A stretch of 64,000 nucleotides of DNA, from the NCBI GenBank assembly GCA_964016885.1, contig OZ024741.1, forward strand, positions 119,350,001 through 119,414,000, read 5' to 3'. This stretch comes from Eledone cirrhosa (taxonomy: Eukaryota). Positions within the stretch are counted from its first letter, which is position 1; each line of letters starts with the position of its first letter. Below, piece after piece: positions 45,017 to 58,220 of this stretch. The notes beneath the pieces were generated by a model that saw only the letters and a list, made by a program, of their open reading frames with translations, ran no database searches and had not been told where the DNA came from. The translations under genes were made by a program, and so were the position numbers.

Positions 45017-45607
45017 GAAATTAGCATGGGAGGAGGGTGTTCCGAGGCCATAGTATCTAGAATAAGGACGGGTTGGAAGAAGTTTAGGGAGCTGCTTCCT
45101 CTGTTGACGAAGAAGGGTTTCTCCCTGCGTACGAAAGGCCGGTTGTATGATGCCTGTGTGAGGAGCGCGTTGCTGCATGGTAGTGAGACATGGGCAGCAA
45201 CTGCAGAGGATATGCGACGGCTGGAGAGAAATGAGGCAAGCATGCTCCGTTGGATGTGCAGTGTAAATGTGCGTGAACGACCCAGCATAAATGTGTTGAG
45301 AGAGAAACTGTGTCTGAGAGGGATAGAATGTAGTGTACGGGAGAGGAGACTGATGTGGTATGGACATGTGATGCGCATGGAGGATTACCGATGGTTGAAG
45401 AAGTGCCAGGAATTGCCAGTTGAAGGAAGACGTGGTAGAGGTAGACCACGAAAAACATGGGTGGAGGTGGTGAGAACAGACCTCAGATCATTGAAGCTCA
45501 CGGTGGAGATGACGAGGGACCGTGACGAGTGGAGAGATGCTGTGCTGAATAAGACCCGTCCCACCCTTGCAAGCAGGGAAAAGCGGACGTAAAATGATGA
45601 TGATGAT
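45017..45607 (+). mobile_element. RTE-clade LINE 3' fragment with an intact frame and (ATG)n tail
   Basis: GGGCSEAIVSRIRTGWKKFRELLPLLT, LYDACVRSALLHGSETW, RRLMWYGHVMRM, GRRGRGRPRKTW and DRDEWR are typical of RTE C-termini. Confidence 0.92.
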
Positions 45608-45691
45608 ATATATATACCCAGAGGAACCTCGGTTCACGAACATGAGACGTCTTGGTTGACAAACACACAAGCCAGCAACAATGACTGGAAG

Positions 45692-45735
<44 letters not shown>

Positions 45736-48022
45736 AACACATTGCTATCGGGTATTTTCACCTCTGCTCTTCACTAATGTTGTTTTTCGAAAAACTGATT
45801 TTTACAAAACTGGTCTCATTTTCTCCTGTATTCTGTAGGATTTGAGGATAGTTTTATGAGAATTCTTGTTTGTTGTTGTTGTTTTTTCTTTGTAATAAAC
45901 ATACCCACACTGTATGAATTTGAGGCAAAGTATTGAATACATTATTGTTTTCCTCTTTGTTCCTTGAACAAAAGCATACATACAACTACTAATATCTATT
46001 AAGTTCCAGTCTGGTGATCACAGTAGCCCTCAGCATATTGTACAAACAGATTTATTCATATTTTTACAACATGACCATGATGTTTCAGCAAAGCATGCAT
46101 TCACTAAACTTCGTCAAAGAATATGCTTCGTTTCTAGTGAAGCCCAGCAAACACATTCTTAGCCAAAACATTATGGCCATGCATGAATGAGTAAATATCT
46201 CTATATATATATGATTGTGGATAGAAACAAACTGCCATTGTGCATAACCCTTTTGATACCAAACTGACCCTATTTCTATGACACAAAACTAGTTTAAATA
46301 TTTATATTTATCTAAAGACCTTCCGTCATAATTTTATGTAAAAACATTTGTTTCAAACACCAGCTTAATGAGTTAATAATTTTACTAAATCACTCAAAAT
46401 TTTTCATCTTTAGCCTATTATTTTCAAATAATTTTATGTCTTACCTTAAAAATATAAGCCACTGAATAGTGAACTGATATAATAATAATAATAATGAAAT
46501 TATTGTGTTCAGTGCTCAGGTGCACTACAACTCATCAAAGGTGCATGTATAGTACATAGAATAATGTACAAATGTCAGGAAAATGAACAGTGTATGAGTC
46601 ATAATATAATAACAACAACAATATATTCAAATAAGCTTGTTTGTTGTTATTAGTTTTAAATATTCTTTATTCCTTCATTAACATGACATGTTGTTATTAA
46701 CTAGTCTCTAAAGACAGACTTCAAAAAATCTAAAAATAACATTTCCATTTACACATAGCTTACTAATAAATCCTGCTTTGATATTATTGCTTGTTAGAGC
46801 CATTGCAACTCTTAAACATATCATCTTGCATCCTTCATGTGAATGCAATGCACATGTAATAATCATTTCAAAATTTATTAATAGCAGGGCTTCATGACAT
46901 GATGCAGAGAAACTAAATATCTGTAGATGCTCTTACAATTCAGATGTCTAAATGCTCTGTAATCTAAGAATGTCTGCTAATGAAGCCAGGAAGAATTAAA
47001 CAGACAAGCATTAGATGTCTTTCTTCAGCAGTATCAAAATCTTTAAGAGATTTCACTTAATATATGATTGCCTGTAGAGCATTATTGTTGATGCCTCCAA
47101 AAAAAAATGTAGCTAGTACACCCTTTAAAGTGTTAGTTGTACCACACAAAAAACACACCCTGCATACCCTGTAAAGTGGTAGAGGCAGTACCACAAAAAG
47201 GTACCCAGAACACTGTTGTAAGGTGGTTGGCATTAGGAAGAGCATCCAGACATAGAAACCAACCAAATTAGGAGCATATGAACAAGTTCAGTCACTCCAA
47301 CCATAACTTATCCAAGCCATGTCAGCATAGAAGATACACATTAAATGTTGATTTATGATGATAATGATGCATTTCCTCAATACTAGAATTCCAATATCAA
47401 TTCATTTTCATCTCCTTTTTTGTTTTGATGCTTTCCAGAAAGTATGCTCAGCCACTCTAGCATTTTACAAATCATAACATGATCATATCTTCTGCCTACT
47501 TAGCTATAGCTTACAATATCTTAAAAAGCTTTCTAACGGTTTCCACCACCAACAGCTTGTTAATGACCTTCCCCTTTCATCCACAGCCTACTAACATTCT
47601 TCAAAATGTCTCCAATACATTATACTTTCACGAAGCCATGTTACATTTAAAAAATTCACTGAAAGTACATTGCTACATAATATTACATACATCTGTCATT
47701 ATCTGGTATATATATATATATATATATATATAGATATATATATATATATAGATATATATAGATATATATAGATATATATAGATATATATAGATATATATA
47801 TATAGAGAGAGAGAGAGAGATTTGAAGACTAAAATCGAAAGAGGGCTCGATAAGGATAAATATATAAGAACCGTAGAGCAAATATTTATTAAAATAACAG
47901 ATTAAAGTTTAAGCAAAGAATCGCTGCTTTCACCCTTAACGGGATCTGTTATTTTAATATATATATATATAGCCTTATATCTGTAGTACACTGTTCTATG
48001 ACCTTCTGTAAACCAGTGGGAC

Positions 48023-48060
<38 letters not shown>

Positions 48061-48233
48061 GTATATGTGTGTGTGTGTGTGTGTATGTATATATATATAT
48101 GAATGTGTGTAGGATATCCATAGATGAAAGATCAAGGAAAACAATGCTCAATCTATTGCAAGAGAGCTTATTTAGGATAATGTTTCATACCTCAACATCC
48201 AGTCCAAATAAATGAGATATTGAGATCGTGTAG

Positions 48234-48478
48234 GTGTCACGGCAAAAAACACAGTCCACGCTGTAATGTGGCCGTGTAGGTAACACAGTGAAAAGTTCCC
48301 GGTTCCACACTGTAAATGTGGTTGGTGTTAGGAAGAGCATCCAGCCATAGAAAATCTGCCAGATAGTCCTATATGAGCGAGACAGTCACCTGACCAACCT
48401 TGCCTCAATTGGGACAACTCCCGTCTAACCCATGCTAGCGTGGAAGATGGACGTTAAACGAAGATGATGATGATGATA
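48234..48478 (+). mobile_element. SINE-like element with an RTE-type 3' tail
   Basis: gtggttggtgttaggaagagcatccagccatagaaa...cccgtctaacccatgctagcgtggaagatggacgttaaa-(gat)n. Confidence 0.78.
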
Positions 48479-48495
48479 CTTAACATATATGTATG

Positions 48496-48532
<37 letters not shown>

Positions 48533-48629
48533 GTATGTGTGTGTGTTTGTGTATGACAGCAATTATGTAACAAATAAATGAGGTAAATTCTAACCCAGTG
48601 ACTTCTACTTCATTATTATACCAATATTA

Positions 48630-48822
48630 AGGGCGGTGGATTGGCAGTATCGGTAGAGGGTCAGACGCCATGCTTTGCAGCACAGTTACGTCCCTTTACG
48701 AACTGAGTTCAAATCCCGGCGAGGTTAACTTTACCTTTCATCCTTACAGGGTCGATAAAATAAAGTACCAGTAATGTACTGAGTAATTGCTGGCCTTGTT
48801 CCAAAGGGAGAAACAATTATTA
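48630..48822 (+). mobile_element. Full-length tRNA-related SINE
   Basis: ggcggtggattggcagtatcggtagag head, gagttcaaatcc B-box-like motif, core and attatt tail. It is flanked by the direct repeat attataccaatatt, a probable target-site duplication. Confidence 0.88.
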
Positions 48823-50390
48823 TACCAATATTCCAGAATACACAGACCTACAACTCGGGTAACTGGGATAACTCTGACATAAAACCTGCGGCTCAGTAGT
48901 TACTGATGATGTTGATCTTTTCTTCTTTTCGGGTTATAGCTACTGTCACTCAGAGAGTGGGATTGGCTCAGTGTACAGTCTTTCCTCACTTGAAAAAAAT
49001 CTTCACGCACAGGCATTGCATGACGGGATTAATTAATAATGTTATATCATGCAATGACCATACTCGATAACGAGGGGGCAGCCATCATCATATATATATA
49101 TATATAGACATAGACATTCACTTTTTGTATTAGAAAAATAGTTTTATATATCTCAATAAAACTAAACAAGGCACAATTTTTGTTGAATCAAAAATAAATA
49201 AAAACAAACAATTCTTCCCCTGAAAAAAATCGATGATTATACTGTTATACTGATACCTAGAATTTTGATGTATTTTTAAATCATTCTTTTTAAAATTATA
49301 AGCTCCAATATGAACGTAAAATAATTAATACAAATATATTTATTCACATTTGCATAAGGCTGACATGTTAATAAATAACCCCCATTGATATTTTTATCAC
49401 CTGTATCCTAACCATGTTTTTTTTATAGTTGTTGTTTTTTAATTGTGCTGGCTTTTTTTTTTCTTTTGTGTGTCTTTTTACTGTTTGAATTTTAAATTTT
49501 ATATTTGAACCTTTTTTTAATGCTTTTATCCAAGCTACTGCATGACTTGATGCTTTTGTTTGTTTGTTTTTGTTGTTGTTTTTTTTCCATGTTTCCACAT
49601 TAACATTGCTACCCCTCCTCCCTTGCTGCCGCCGACGACCTTCCTTTCCTTTTTCCATAACCATTTAGATTTTCTTGCTTTTTCACAGCTTATATAGTTA
49701 CCCTCCAACACTACCACCAGCACCACCAACATTACCACTGCTGCTGTTGTTTTATTAACATTACTCACGGGTTATTTATTTGACCAAAACCTCCAGGACA
49801 ATAAAGTGGTTAACTGAGTTAGTAATCTGTTAGGCGTTGGCACTAATTACCAACCAAATAATTGCGAATATATTATTTCACACAATTTAACAACCAAAAA
49901 TCAATGTGATCAAATATGAAATGAATTTCTTATAAAAATTTTAGAAATGTGTGCAAGATGGGGTCTATCAAACCTACCTAATCTCAGACAATGACATCCC
50001 ATCCAACCCATGCTAGCATGAAGGGCAGGCATAAAAAAAAATGATGCATCTACCATTTTGATATCAAACCACCTGAAACCTTTCCTTGTTCAAAGGTGTT
50101 TATTTTAAAATGTCTATATTTATCTAAAATCATGAAATCACCCTTAGTTCTACAATACACAGCTGTTTCTTTTAAAGTGTTTGCATATATCTAAAACTTT
50201 TCCATCATAATTTTAAGTTATGTTCCAAACACCATATAAATAATTTAACCAAAATCTTGGTTATTTTTTAAATGATTTGAAAATTATAGAAGTAAGGTAA
50301 GCAAACTACCTGAAACTGCTCCTTGTTCTATGATACAAAACTTTTTAAAGTGCTTATGTTGATCTAATGACTACAGAAATTAAAGGAATC

Positions 50391-50616
50391 TTAACCCTTT
50401 AGCATTTGCATTACTCTAAACTTACTATTGTATTTTCACAGTAAAGGCTTTACCTCACATAATTATCTCATATAGTATTGAATCTATGATTTTGATATTA
50501 TTTATTTTGAGAAAAATACCTTAACATCTATATGAGCAGCTGGTTACAGCCAGTTTGAACAGAAAGAGGTGAAAGATTCTGGCCGGATATGGCCGGTTTA
50601 AATGCTAAAGGATTAA
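50391..50616. mobile_element. piggyBac-type MITE, family A
   Basis: TTAA-ccctttagcattt...taaatgctaaagga-TTAA. Confidence 0.82.
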
Positions 50617-50840
50617 CACTTAATGTTTTGTACCACATGATACCATATTAGCAAGACATTTTTGAAAAGGATAAAACAACACTAACTGCAACACATTAAA
50701 AATTTCAAGTTTTTACTCTAATACTGCAAATTCTTTTCACAACGATCTGTCCACTAGTAAATATGATATAAACATTTGAATTTTAAAAAATCTGTTTCTA
50801 GATAGTTTCTGCTAAATCATGAAAGGATGTTAAGAGATAA
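50613..50840. mobile_element. MITE family B copy (reverse orientation) abutting the family A copy at a shared TTAA
   Basis: Ends ...tttctgctaaatcatgaaaggatgttaagag, the reverse complement of the start of the 24467 and 30917 copies. Confidence 0.72.
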
Positions 50841-52910
50841 CCAAACCATTTAAAGATGAACATAAACCCAACTCCAATGAAATTAGTAGTGGTCTGTCAT
50901 TAAGTCATTTAACAAAGTCCAAATCTGCAAGTTTAGAAGAGTTTGTATGGCATGTAGAGTAGTGGAGTACTGAAGTTTCACACAGAGCTCTTTTTTGGAG
51001 AGAAGACAATGTATTTCTTAGGCTTTAAGATGCAATTAAACAAAGGAGACTGAAGATCAAATATGTTTCAGATGAGCGGAGCAGACCTAGGATAAAATAG
51101 GGTTCAGTCATGACCATCCTTTTTAAGAGTATACATTATCTGGAATATCCCGTATTTCTTTGTGACTGTGTGTGTTTTGGAGGAGATTTGGGCTCTGGTT
51201 CTTTAGGAAATATAGTTTGAATTGGCAATCGTTTGGGCGTTAGGTTAAATGTTTTAGTATTTGTTCCAGCTCTCTATGCTCTGAGTTTAAATCCCCCCCC
51301 CCCCCCATGGTCAACTTTACCATCCGTCCTTTCAGGATCCGTAAATAAAGTACCAGTTCAGAATTGTTAGTCGGATGGGATACTATATGATATCTATTCC
51401 TACATTGTGCATTCAGAGTTTAACTTCTGCCTCATGTCATCAGAAAGCATTGATACCTCTGTCACCAACAGATAGTATCAGCAATGGAAAGAGCAACAAA
51501 AACATAGTTTCCATTTTTATTTAATTTTTTATCTGATGATTGACTTCTTTGAATTAGACCCTACTATATGATAGGTAAGGCAGCTAATTGCCAGTCATTA
51601 GAACATTGAATAGAATGCTTTGCAGTATTCTTTACGGCTCTCTCTTCTCTAAGTTCAAATTCCACCAAGGTCAACTTTGCTTTTCATCCTTTCAAGGATG
51701 ATTCTTCCACTGTATTTTTTCTCACTTCCTCTTTCTCTCACTTTCTATCCTTTTCTGGAAGAAACCTGCTGCGTTCATACATGGAGAGAAGATGGTAAAT
51801 ATCATATACCACTATAGTGCCCCTATAGTTCCATCAGGAGTTACAGGACCATACCACATAAATGGTATTTACTTTGACCCCAGACAGATGGAAAGCAAAG
51901 TTGATTGTAGCTCGAGTTGTTTTTATTAGTTAAAAGCTGTCAACTGTAATAGTGTTGATTCCAGAACTACACTGAGTTACAGCTTTTGTTATATAGTCCC
52001 TAATCAGCTTTGAATGACTAGGTAGCTAGACATAAGTCTATTTTCCCAGATATATCATGCTTGTGTCAAGCTGAGGACTATACTGTGCACCCTAACACTA
52101 CACCACACCTACAGCTTCATTGGAAGTTCAACAATCATTGATTATTGAAGGTCACCATTATCAAGTTCAGATATCCCCTCAAACAATAGATTAAACTTAG
52201 TATATCCAGTCGACTGCTATGACTAGGGATGATGTTATTCTTTGAGTGGTTTCCAATTGTGTGTTTGTGTGTGTTGTAGTTATTCTTGTTGTTGTTGTTG
52301 CACCAACATCATTTCCGATAAGAGCTCCAGTTAATTCAATCAACAGAACTGCCTGCTTGTGAAATTAATGTGTAAGTGGCTGAGCTTTCCACAGACACAT
52401 ATACCCTTAACATAGATCACAGGGATATTTAGCATGACACAATATGCAACAAGGCTGGCTCTTTGAATGACCCCTTGTTTAGAGATCATCATGATCCTGA
52501 TGATCAGTGAAAAAAAGACTTGATTATTGAGCTGATAATCATAACACAATATATTATCTCTCTAATAACCACACATAATATGCATTGAATACTCATTTAG
52601 ACTTGCTCTTCTGTGTTTTTCTACTAAGAAAATTATATATATGTGTGTGTGAAAATGATATATATAGGGATGTTGTGCTGAGAAGGACCCATGTGAACAT
52701 GGAAAAACGGACATAAAAATGATAATGATCACACACACACACACACACACACACTTGTTTATAGCTATCATTGACCTATTTAGCTGCTTAGCAAATAATG
52801 ATTTCAAGAAAGTTTGTATGTGTATATATATTTTATATACATATATAGGTTTTATATATATGTATATATATACACACAGACAGACAGTCTACGTATCTAT
52901 GGTAGGCCTA

Positions 52911-53104
52911 ATAATTGTTTCTACTTTTTGGCACAAGGCCAGCAATTATCCCAGTGTATTACTGGTACTTTATTTTATCGACCCCGTAAGGATGAAAGGC
53001 AAAGTTAACCTCGGCAGGATTTGAACTCGGTCCGTAAAGGGAAGTAACTCTTTGCTGCAAAGCATGGCGTCCGACCCTCTACCGATAGTGCTAATCCACC
53101 GCCC
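52911..53104 (-). mobile_element. Full-length tRNA-related SINE
   Basis: Reverse complement of the family consensus. Confidence 0.88.
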
Positions 53105-53226
53105 TAAACTAATAATGATCATGAACAATCAACCTTGTAAAACGATCGTAAAACAATGAACTGATTAAGCACTAAACTTTGCCTGTAATGTTCAATACAC
53201 ACACAGATATAGTTTCATCAGCATTT

Positions 53227-53415
53227 GTGGATTAGCAGTATCGGTAGAGGGTCTGACGCCATGCTTTGCAGCAAAGAGTTACGTCCCTTTATGGTCTGAG
53301 TTCAAATCCTGTCTAGGTTAACTTTGCCTTTCATCCTTACGGGGTCGATAAAATAAAGTACTAGTAATATACTGAGATAATTGCTGGCCTTGTGCCAAAA
53401 GTAGAAACAATTATT
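53227..53415 (+). mobile_element. Near full-length tRNA-related SINE, inverted relative to 52911-53104
   Basis: Family consensus on the + strand. Confidence 0.88.
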
Positions 53416-53625
53416 TTCACATCTTCCTAAATGCCCTATATATGGTGTAGATTTGTTATGGTCTGTGGCTAAGCAGGTCAGGTGATCATGTGTTGCTTCC
53501 ACATTTTGTTTTTGGCATTTTTCATGACATCCAGTCTTACAGGGTGGACTGGGTGCATTATATTGATACTATACCAGCACTTGTGAGGTTGTCATGTTGT
53601 TGATATGGCTGAAGACCCCTCTTAA

Positions 53626-53665
<40 letters not shown>

Positions 53666-55874
53666 ATGTAATTATATGTAATTATCTCCCAAAAGGTCAT
53701 ATTTGTTATCCCTTGAAAGATGCTAATCAAATACTAAACAATGCCTCTGTGTTAGTCTGTTTCAGTACCTTTTACAAAACTATTATAAAACAATATAAGT
53801 AACAGTAGTAACTCAGATATAATCACTATATTTGCTTGGGTTTTGCTGCTAATTTTTTTTTTTTTTTAATCTCCTTAGAGTTTCTAGATATGTGATGTAT
53901 ATATGTACACTCCCGATGTTTATCACCTGTTGGTAACCGTTCCTCACATTTAAAAATGATTGATATTTTCATTTTCATATTTGCACATGTTTTGTACTGA
54001 TTTGTATTTAAATTAAATCAAGAAATTTTGTGCGATTAATTACTAATAGTTTTTTGGGTTTTTTTGTTTTTTTTTGTAACCCTTTTGATAACAAAACCAG
54101 TTCCATAATACAAAACTTTACTTTAAATCTTGATAGCAAAACTGCCTGAAACCAGCCCTGGTTCTATAACAAAAAGCTGTTTATTTTAAATTGTTTATAT
54201 TTATTTAGAAACCATCCATCATAATTTTATGTAAAAACATTTAAGTTATGTTCCTAACACTAACTTAATAACAAGAAAGTTACATTACTAAATCCCTCCA
54301 AATTCTTGATTATTTTGAAAATTATATGAAAACCGTAAGCAGTGTTTTTCATTAGAAGTATAAGGATTAAATATTGTATGGAAAATAAAAATAAAACAAA
54401 AGTTACTGATTATTCAGAATAATAGTTTCTAATTTAGGCACAGTTAATAATGAAAAGGTTATTTATTTTATTAAGTACTTCCAATTATTTTATTATTTTT
54501 TAAATTAATTGAAACAATGTCAATATATTCCATTAGAAATATGGTAACAAAAGAGTTAAACAACTGGTTGTCGTAAATAATTGATCGTATTTATATTTCT
54601 CAGATGCTATTTGATAGTCTTTTGCTGGTTTTAGCCATTAAATTGCGACCATGCTGGGGCACCACCTTTAAGGGTATTAGTTAGTCATATCGATCCCAGA
54701 ATTATTTATCGAACTGCTGAGTTACAAGACATAATAGCAATAAATATAAACACATATATGCATTTGTGCGTGTGTGTATATATCTACTTTAGGTACAGTG
54801 TAGCTCTTTGTTGTAAGAGGTGACAAAGGGTTGGTACCAAGAAGGGCATTTGGCTGTAAAACATTGCCTCAAAATGGACCTTGATGAGAACAAAATCTGT
54901 TATGGAGCCCACAAGGCTTCAACGAGGAAAATTACCCTAAAACACTTGTATACTTCTGTTTACCAAATTCATTCATAAGGCATTCAATGTTATAGTAGAA
55001 GACACTTGCTTAAAGTGATACACAGTAGGACTGAACCTAAAACCACGTGATTGCAAAGCAAACTTGTTAATCACACAGCCATACCTGCAAGTGTTTTTTC
55101 TAACTGATGTGAATGGCATAATTGGTTGTCTTTTTTTTTTTTTTTTTTTGCTATAATCTTAATATACTTGGATAATTAAATGTCAGGAAATTATAGTTGA
55201 GTAAAAGAGATTGCATAAATATCAAAAATTAACCATTATAGAGTGAAGTTCCTGTGTTCCTTTAGTGATATATCAGATATTTTTTTTAAGAATCCTAATA
55301 TTTAAAATTATTGATTTAAGATAAATTTAACGTAGATATAACTACAGTTTTTCAATTAGAAGCCTCACTGTAAAAAGTGAAAGCATGTGGCCTAGTGGTA
55401 AGGTTTTGGGACTTACAATCATAATGTTGTGGGTTTGATTCCTGTACTGGGTTGTGTTGTGTTCTTGAGCAAAATACTTTATTTCACATTGCTCCAGTGT
55501 ACTCAGCTGAAAATATGTACCAGCAATAGTTAGGAGTTTAACCCTGCAATGGACTATGTCTAGGGGAAGAGTCTTCTATTCTCAGTCACTTAATGACACA
55601 GAAACCAAAATAAGCACTGACCTGGTGAGCCATCAGGCTCAAAACACATTTTTGACTTTTAGACTGTAAAAATAAAGACGTATAAACATTTTCCACAATT
55701 CCTATATTGTACAGACGGAATAGTAGAAAGTGTTTACACTTAATTCTTTACACAACAAGGCTTTTGATTAAAAACTTGTATATTCTGTATGCTGCTGCAT
55801 AGATATTTATTATTCCATTAATTATCAATATCGTATGTAGTCAACCTCTCAAACTTTTTATGAAGCATTGAGGG

Positions 55875-56110
55875 GATAAAGTTAATATAAAGAGTGGTGT
55901 GCTCATGCACAGGAATGGTATAAAATAGCTTATAAATAGGGTTGGCTGCTATGAGGAATCAAACCCCATATCTCCCAGAAACAGGATTTGATTCCTTGTA
56001 GCAGACAATGGCAACTTCTTTTTCCGTCTTTAATGATCTTCACCCTATTTTATAAGTTATTTTATAGCATCTCTGCACCTGAGCACACCACTCTTTATAT
56101 TAACTTTATC
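55875..56110. repeat. Inverted repeat with ~68-bp arms (MITE-like)
   Basis: gataaagttaatataaagagtggtgtgctca / tgagcacaccactctttatattaactttatc. Confidence 0.82.
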
Positions 56111-56626
56111 AATATATTTTCCTTAACCCTTTTAACACCAACCTGGTCAAAACCAGTTCTGGTTCTATGAAACACACTATCCCAAAGGGCTCTTAAATAA
56201 ATGAAAATCTTTCAACATAATTTTCTATAAGAACCATATGTTAAGTTACTGCCTTAGAAATGAAATACAGTTACAAAAGGGTTAATCATTTAACTTTAAT
56301 TTACTTGCTTTGGCATTAAATCAGTCAGCTAAACTTATATAAGTATATTAATGCCTATTGTATAGATTTTGTTTTGAAAAATTTATTGATTTACTAACAT
56401 ATTACTCATGGCTCAATCGTAAATTTTCAATATTTATCAATTATTTATGTTGCTATATAATATCTTTGCCATTTTATCTCTGTTTCTTAACAATTGGTTT
56501 TCTTTCTCCCTCGACTATTACAGCGGAAGAATTTGTTGTCATTTCAATGTTAGATTTTTTTTCCTAATGAAAATGTTTCTCACTACTTTGACCAGTTTTA
56601 TAACACATATCTCTTTCCTGTTGTAG

Positions 56627-57555
56627 GCCTGCCCGTATCAAAGCCCCCCGCTTCTGGTTCGTCGCGTCGTGCAAGCGGCTCTAAGCCCCCACCTCCAGTG
56701 AGAAGATCCTCATCTGTGTCTACTGGTTCTGTAGGACTACCTCCTGTCCTTCACAAGTTGCGTTCATCGCCATCGAAGCAAGGTCTACCAACATCAGGTC
56801 AACAAGCCCAACAGCAACAACAGCAGCAACAGCAGCAGCAGCAGCCACCATTGTCCCAGCAAATGCCACCACCTCAGCAATCCCCTATTTCTCAACAGAC
56901 TTTGCTCAGACATCAAAAGCCACCAATTCCTACTCAGCAACAACCTCCCCCGTTATCTCCGGCTTCACCTAAATCTGTGAAATTGTCTCAGCCAGACCAT
57001 TCTATGCAACATTCTCCTGGAACAAAGCACAGAAGACATTTGAGTGGTACTGATAGCCCTCCCAATCCTATGATACTCCGAGATGGTGACAGTGGAATCA
57101 TCACTGGCGGTCTTGGCATACATCTATCTTCGGCACGGACAAGTAATAATAAAGTAGTTGTTGAGTATGCTGTTCCTGAAGTCTCCAAGCCCCTGAAAGC
57201 ACCTATCACAGCAACCAAATCAGCATCTTCAGGCTCGGTGTCAGCCACCCCCACAGCAGAAGGCTCTCCACATACGTCTGCACGAAGGTCAAGTGTTATA
57301 GATACTTACAGTTCCAACTACGCTGCTCTCCGGTCAGAGAGGCGTGGGGACAAACCGATGCAGAAGGAGGATGGCGGTGGAGGAGAAGATGACGTTGATC
57401 GTGGTTTCCCTCTGCCACCACCTCCAACAGAGGAAGAGTTAGCTGCCATGGGGGTTCTTCCACATCCTTGCAATGCCCCTATGACTTCGGTTCTCTCCGA
57501 GATGAAATCTGCACAAAGGTTGCGAAGGTTATCTACAGATAGTTCAGAATGCTGA
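56627..57555 (+). CDS. MTSS1: MTSS1-like terminal coding exon: Ser/Pro-rich region, polyQ, FPLPPPP and a C-terminal WH2-like motif
   Basis: Acceptor ttcctgttgtag in phase 1 joins exon E to give STAG-LP as in MTSS1, followed by RRASGSKPPPPVRR. The end MTSVLSEMKSAQRLRRLST is a helix plus an LKKT-like LRRL, i.e. a WH2 pattern. Stop TGA at 57553-57555. Confidence 0.9.
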
Positions 57556-57868
57556 AAGAAAATAATGGGCGGGTGGGTTAAAAAAAGGCAGAAGTTTAAC
57601 AAAAAAAAAAAATAATAATTCTCAGCTCTGTTCCATGTTTTTTTAATGTTTTTTTTTAAGATTCTTTTTTTATTTTTTCAAGCTATATACAAATATAAGC
57701 ACTCATATATGTGCATATTTGTGTATATTTTTCCATAGGATTTTGGACAAAGTAAGGATTGTTTGACTTGATTCTATAATTGTTTATATTCTTTTCTCTT
57801 CCCCACTCCTCCCTGTTTTACTTGCACCAAAAAAAAAAAATAAAACAAAAATCTGACACCAGTTGTAA

Positions 57869-58220
57869 GGATCCTCAGTTGGTCAGTCACCTGTGTTACC
57901 AGGTGCATGGATTCTACATCTGGTCAGTCACCTGTGTGACCAGGTGAATGGATCTTCAGTTGGTCAGTCACGTGTGTGACCAGGTGAATGAATTCTACAT
58001 CTGGTCAATCACCTGTGTGACCAGGTGAATGGATTCCTCATCTGGTTAATCACCTATGTAACCAGCTGAGGATCAATATACCTTGTCATACAGGTGACCA
58101 GCTGCAGAATCTATGAACCTGGTCAAACAGCCTCCTGAATGAACTCTACAGTTGGTCAGTCCCCCTGTGTGACCAGTAACCACTTGTATGGATCCCCATC
58201 TGGTCAGTGCCCCTGTGTAT
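57869..58220. repeat. ~40-bp tandem repeat with an internal hairpin in the presumptive 3' UTR, ~8 copies
   Basis: ctggtcagtcacctgtgtgaccaggtgaatgga recurs near 57881, 57922, 57962, 58003 and 58044. Confidence 0.88.

Noticed and set aside
48630-48720. tRNA genes at SINE heads
   Set aside because: A/B-box-like motifs are present, but there is no cloverleaf and they continue into SINE core and tail sequence.
48940-49015. Possible extra exon after ttatag (HSESGIGSVYSLSSLEK frame)
   Set aside because: That frame needs a phase-2 acceptor, which is incompatible with the flanking phase-1 exons, and there is no strong donor.
56524-56567. Alternative acceptor giving a short terminal peptide (AEEFVVISMLDFFS*)
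   Set aside because: The AG is plausible, but there is no homology or other support without transcript data.
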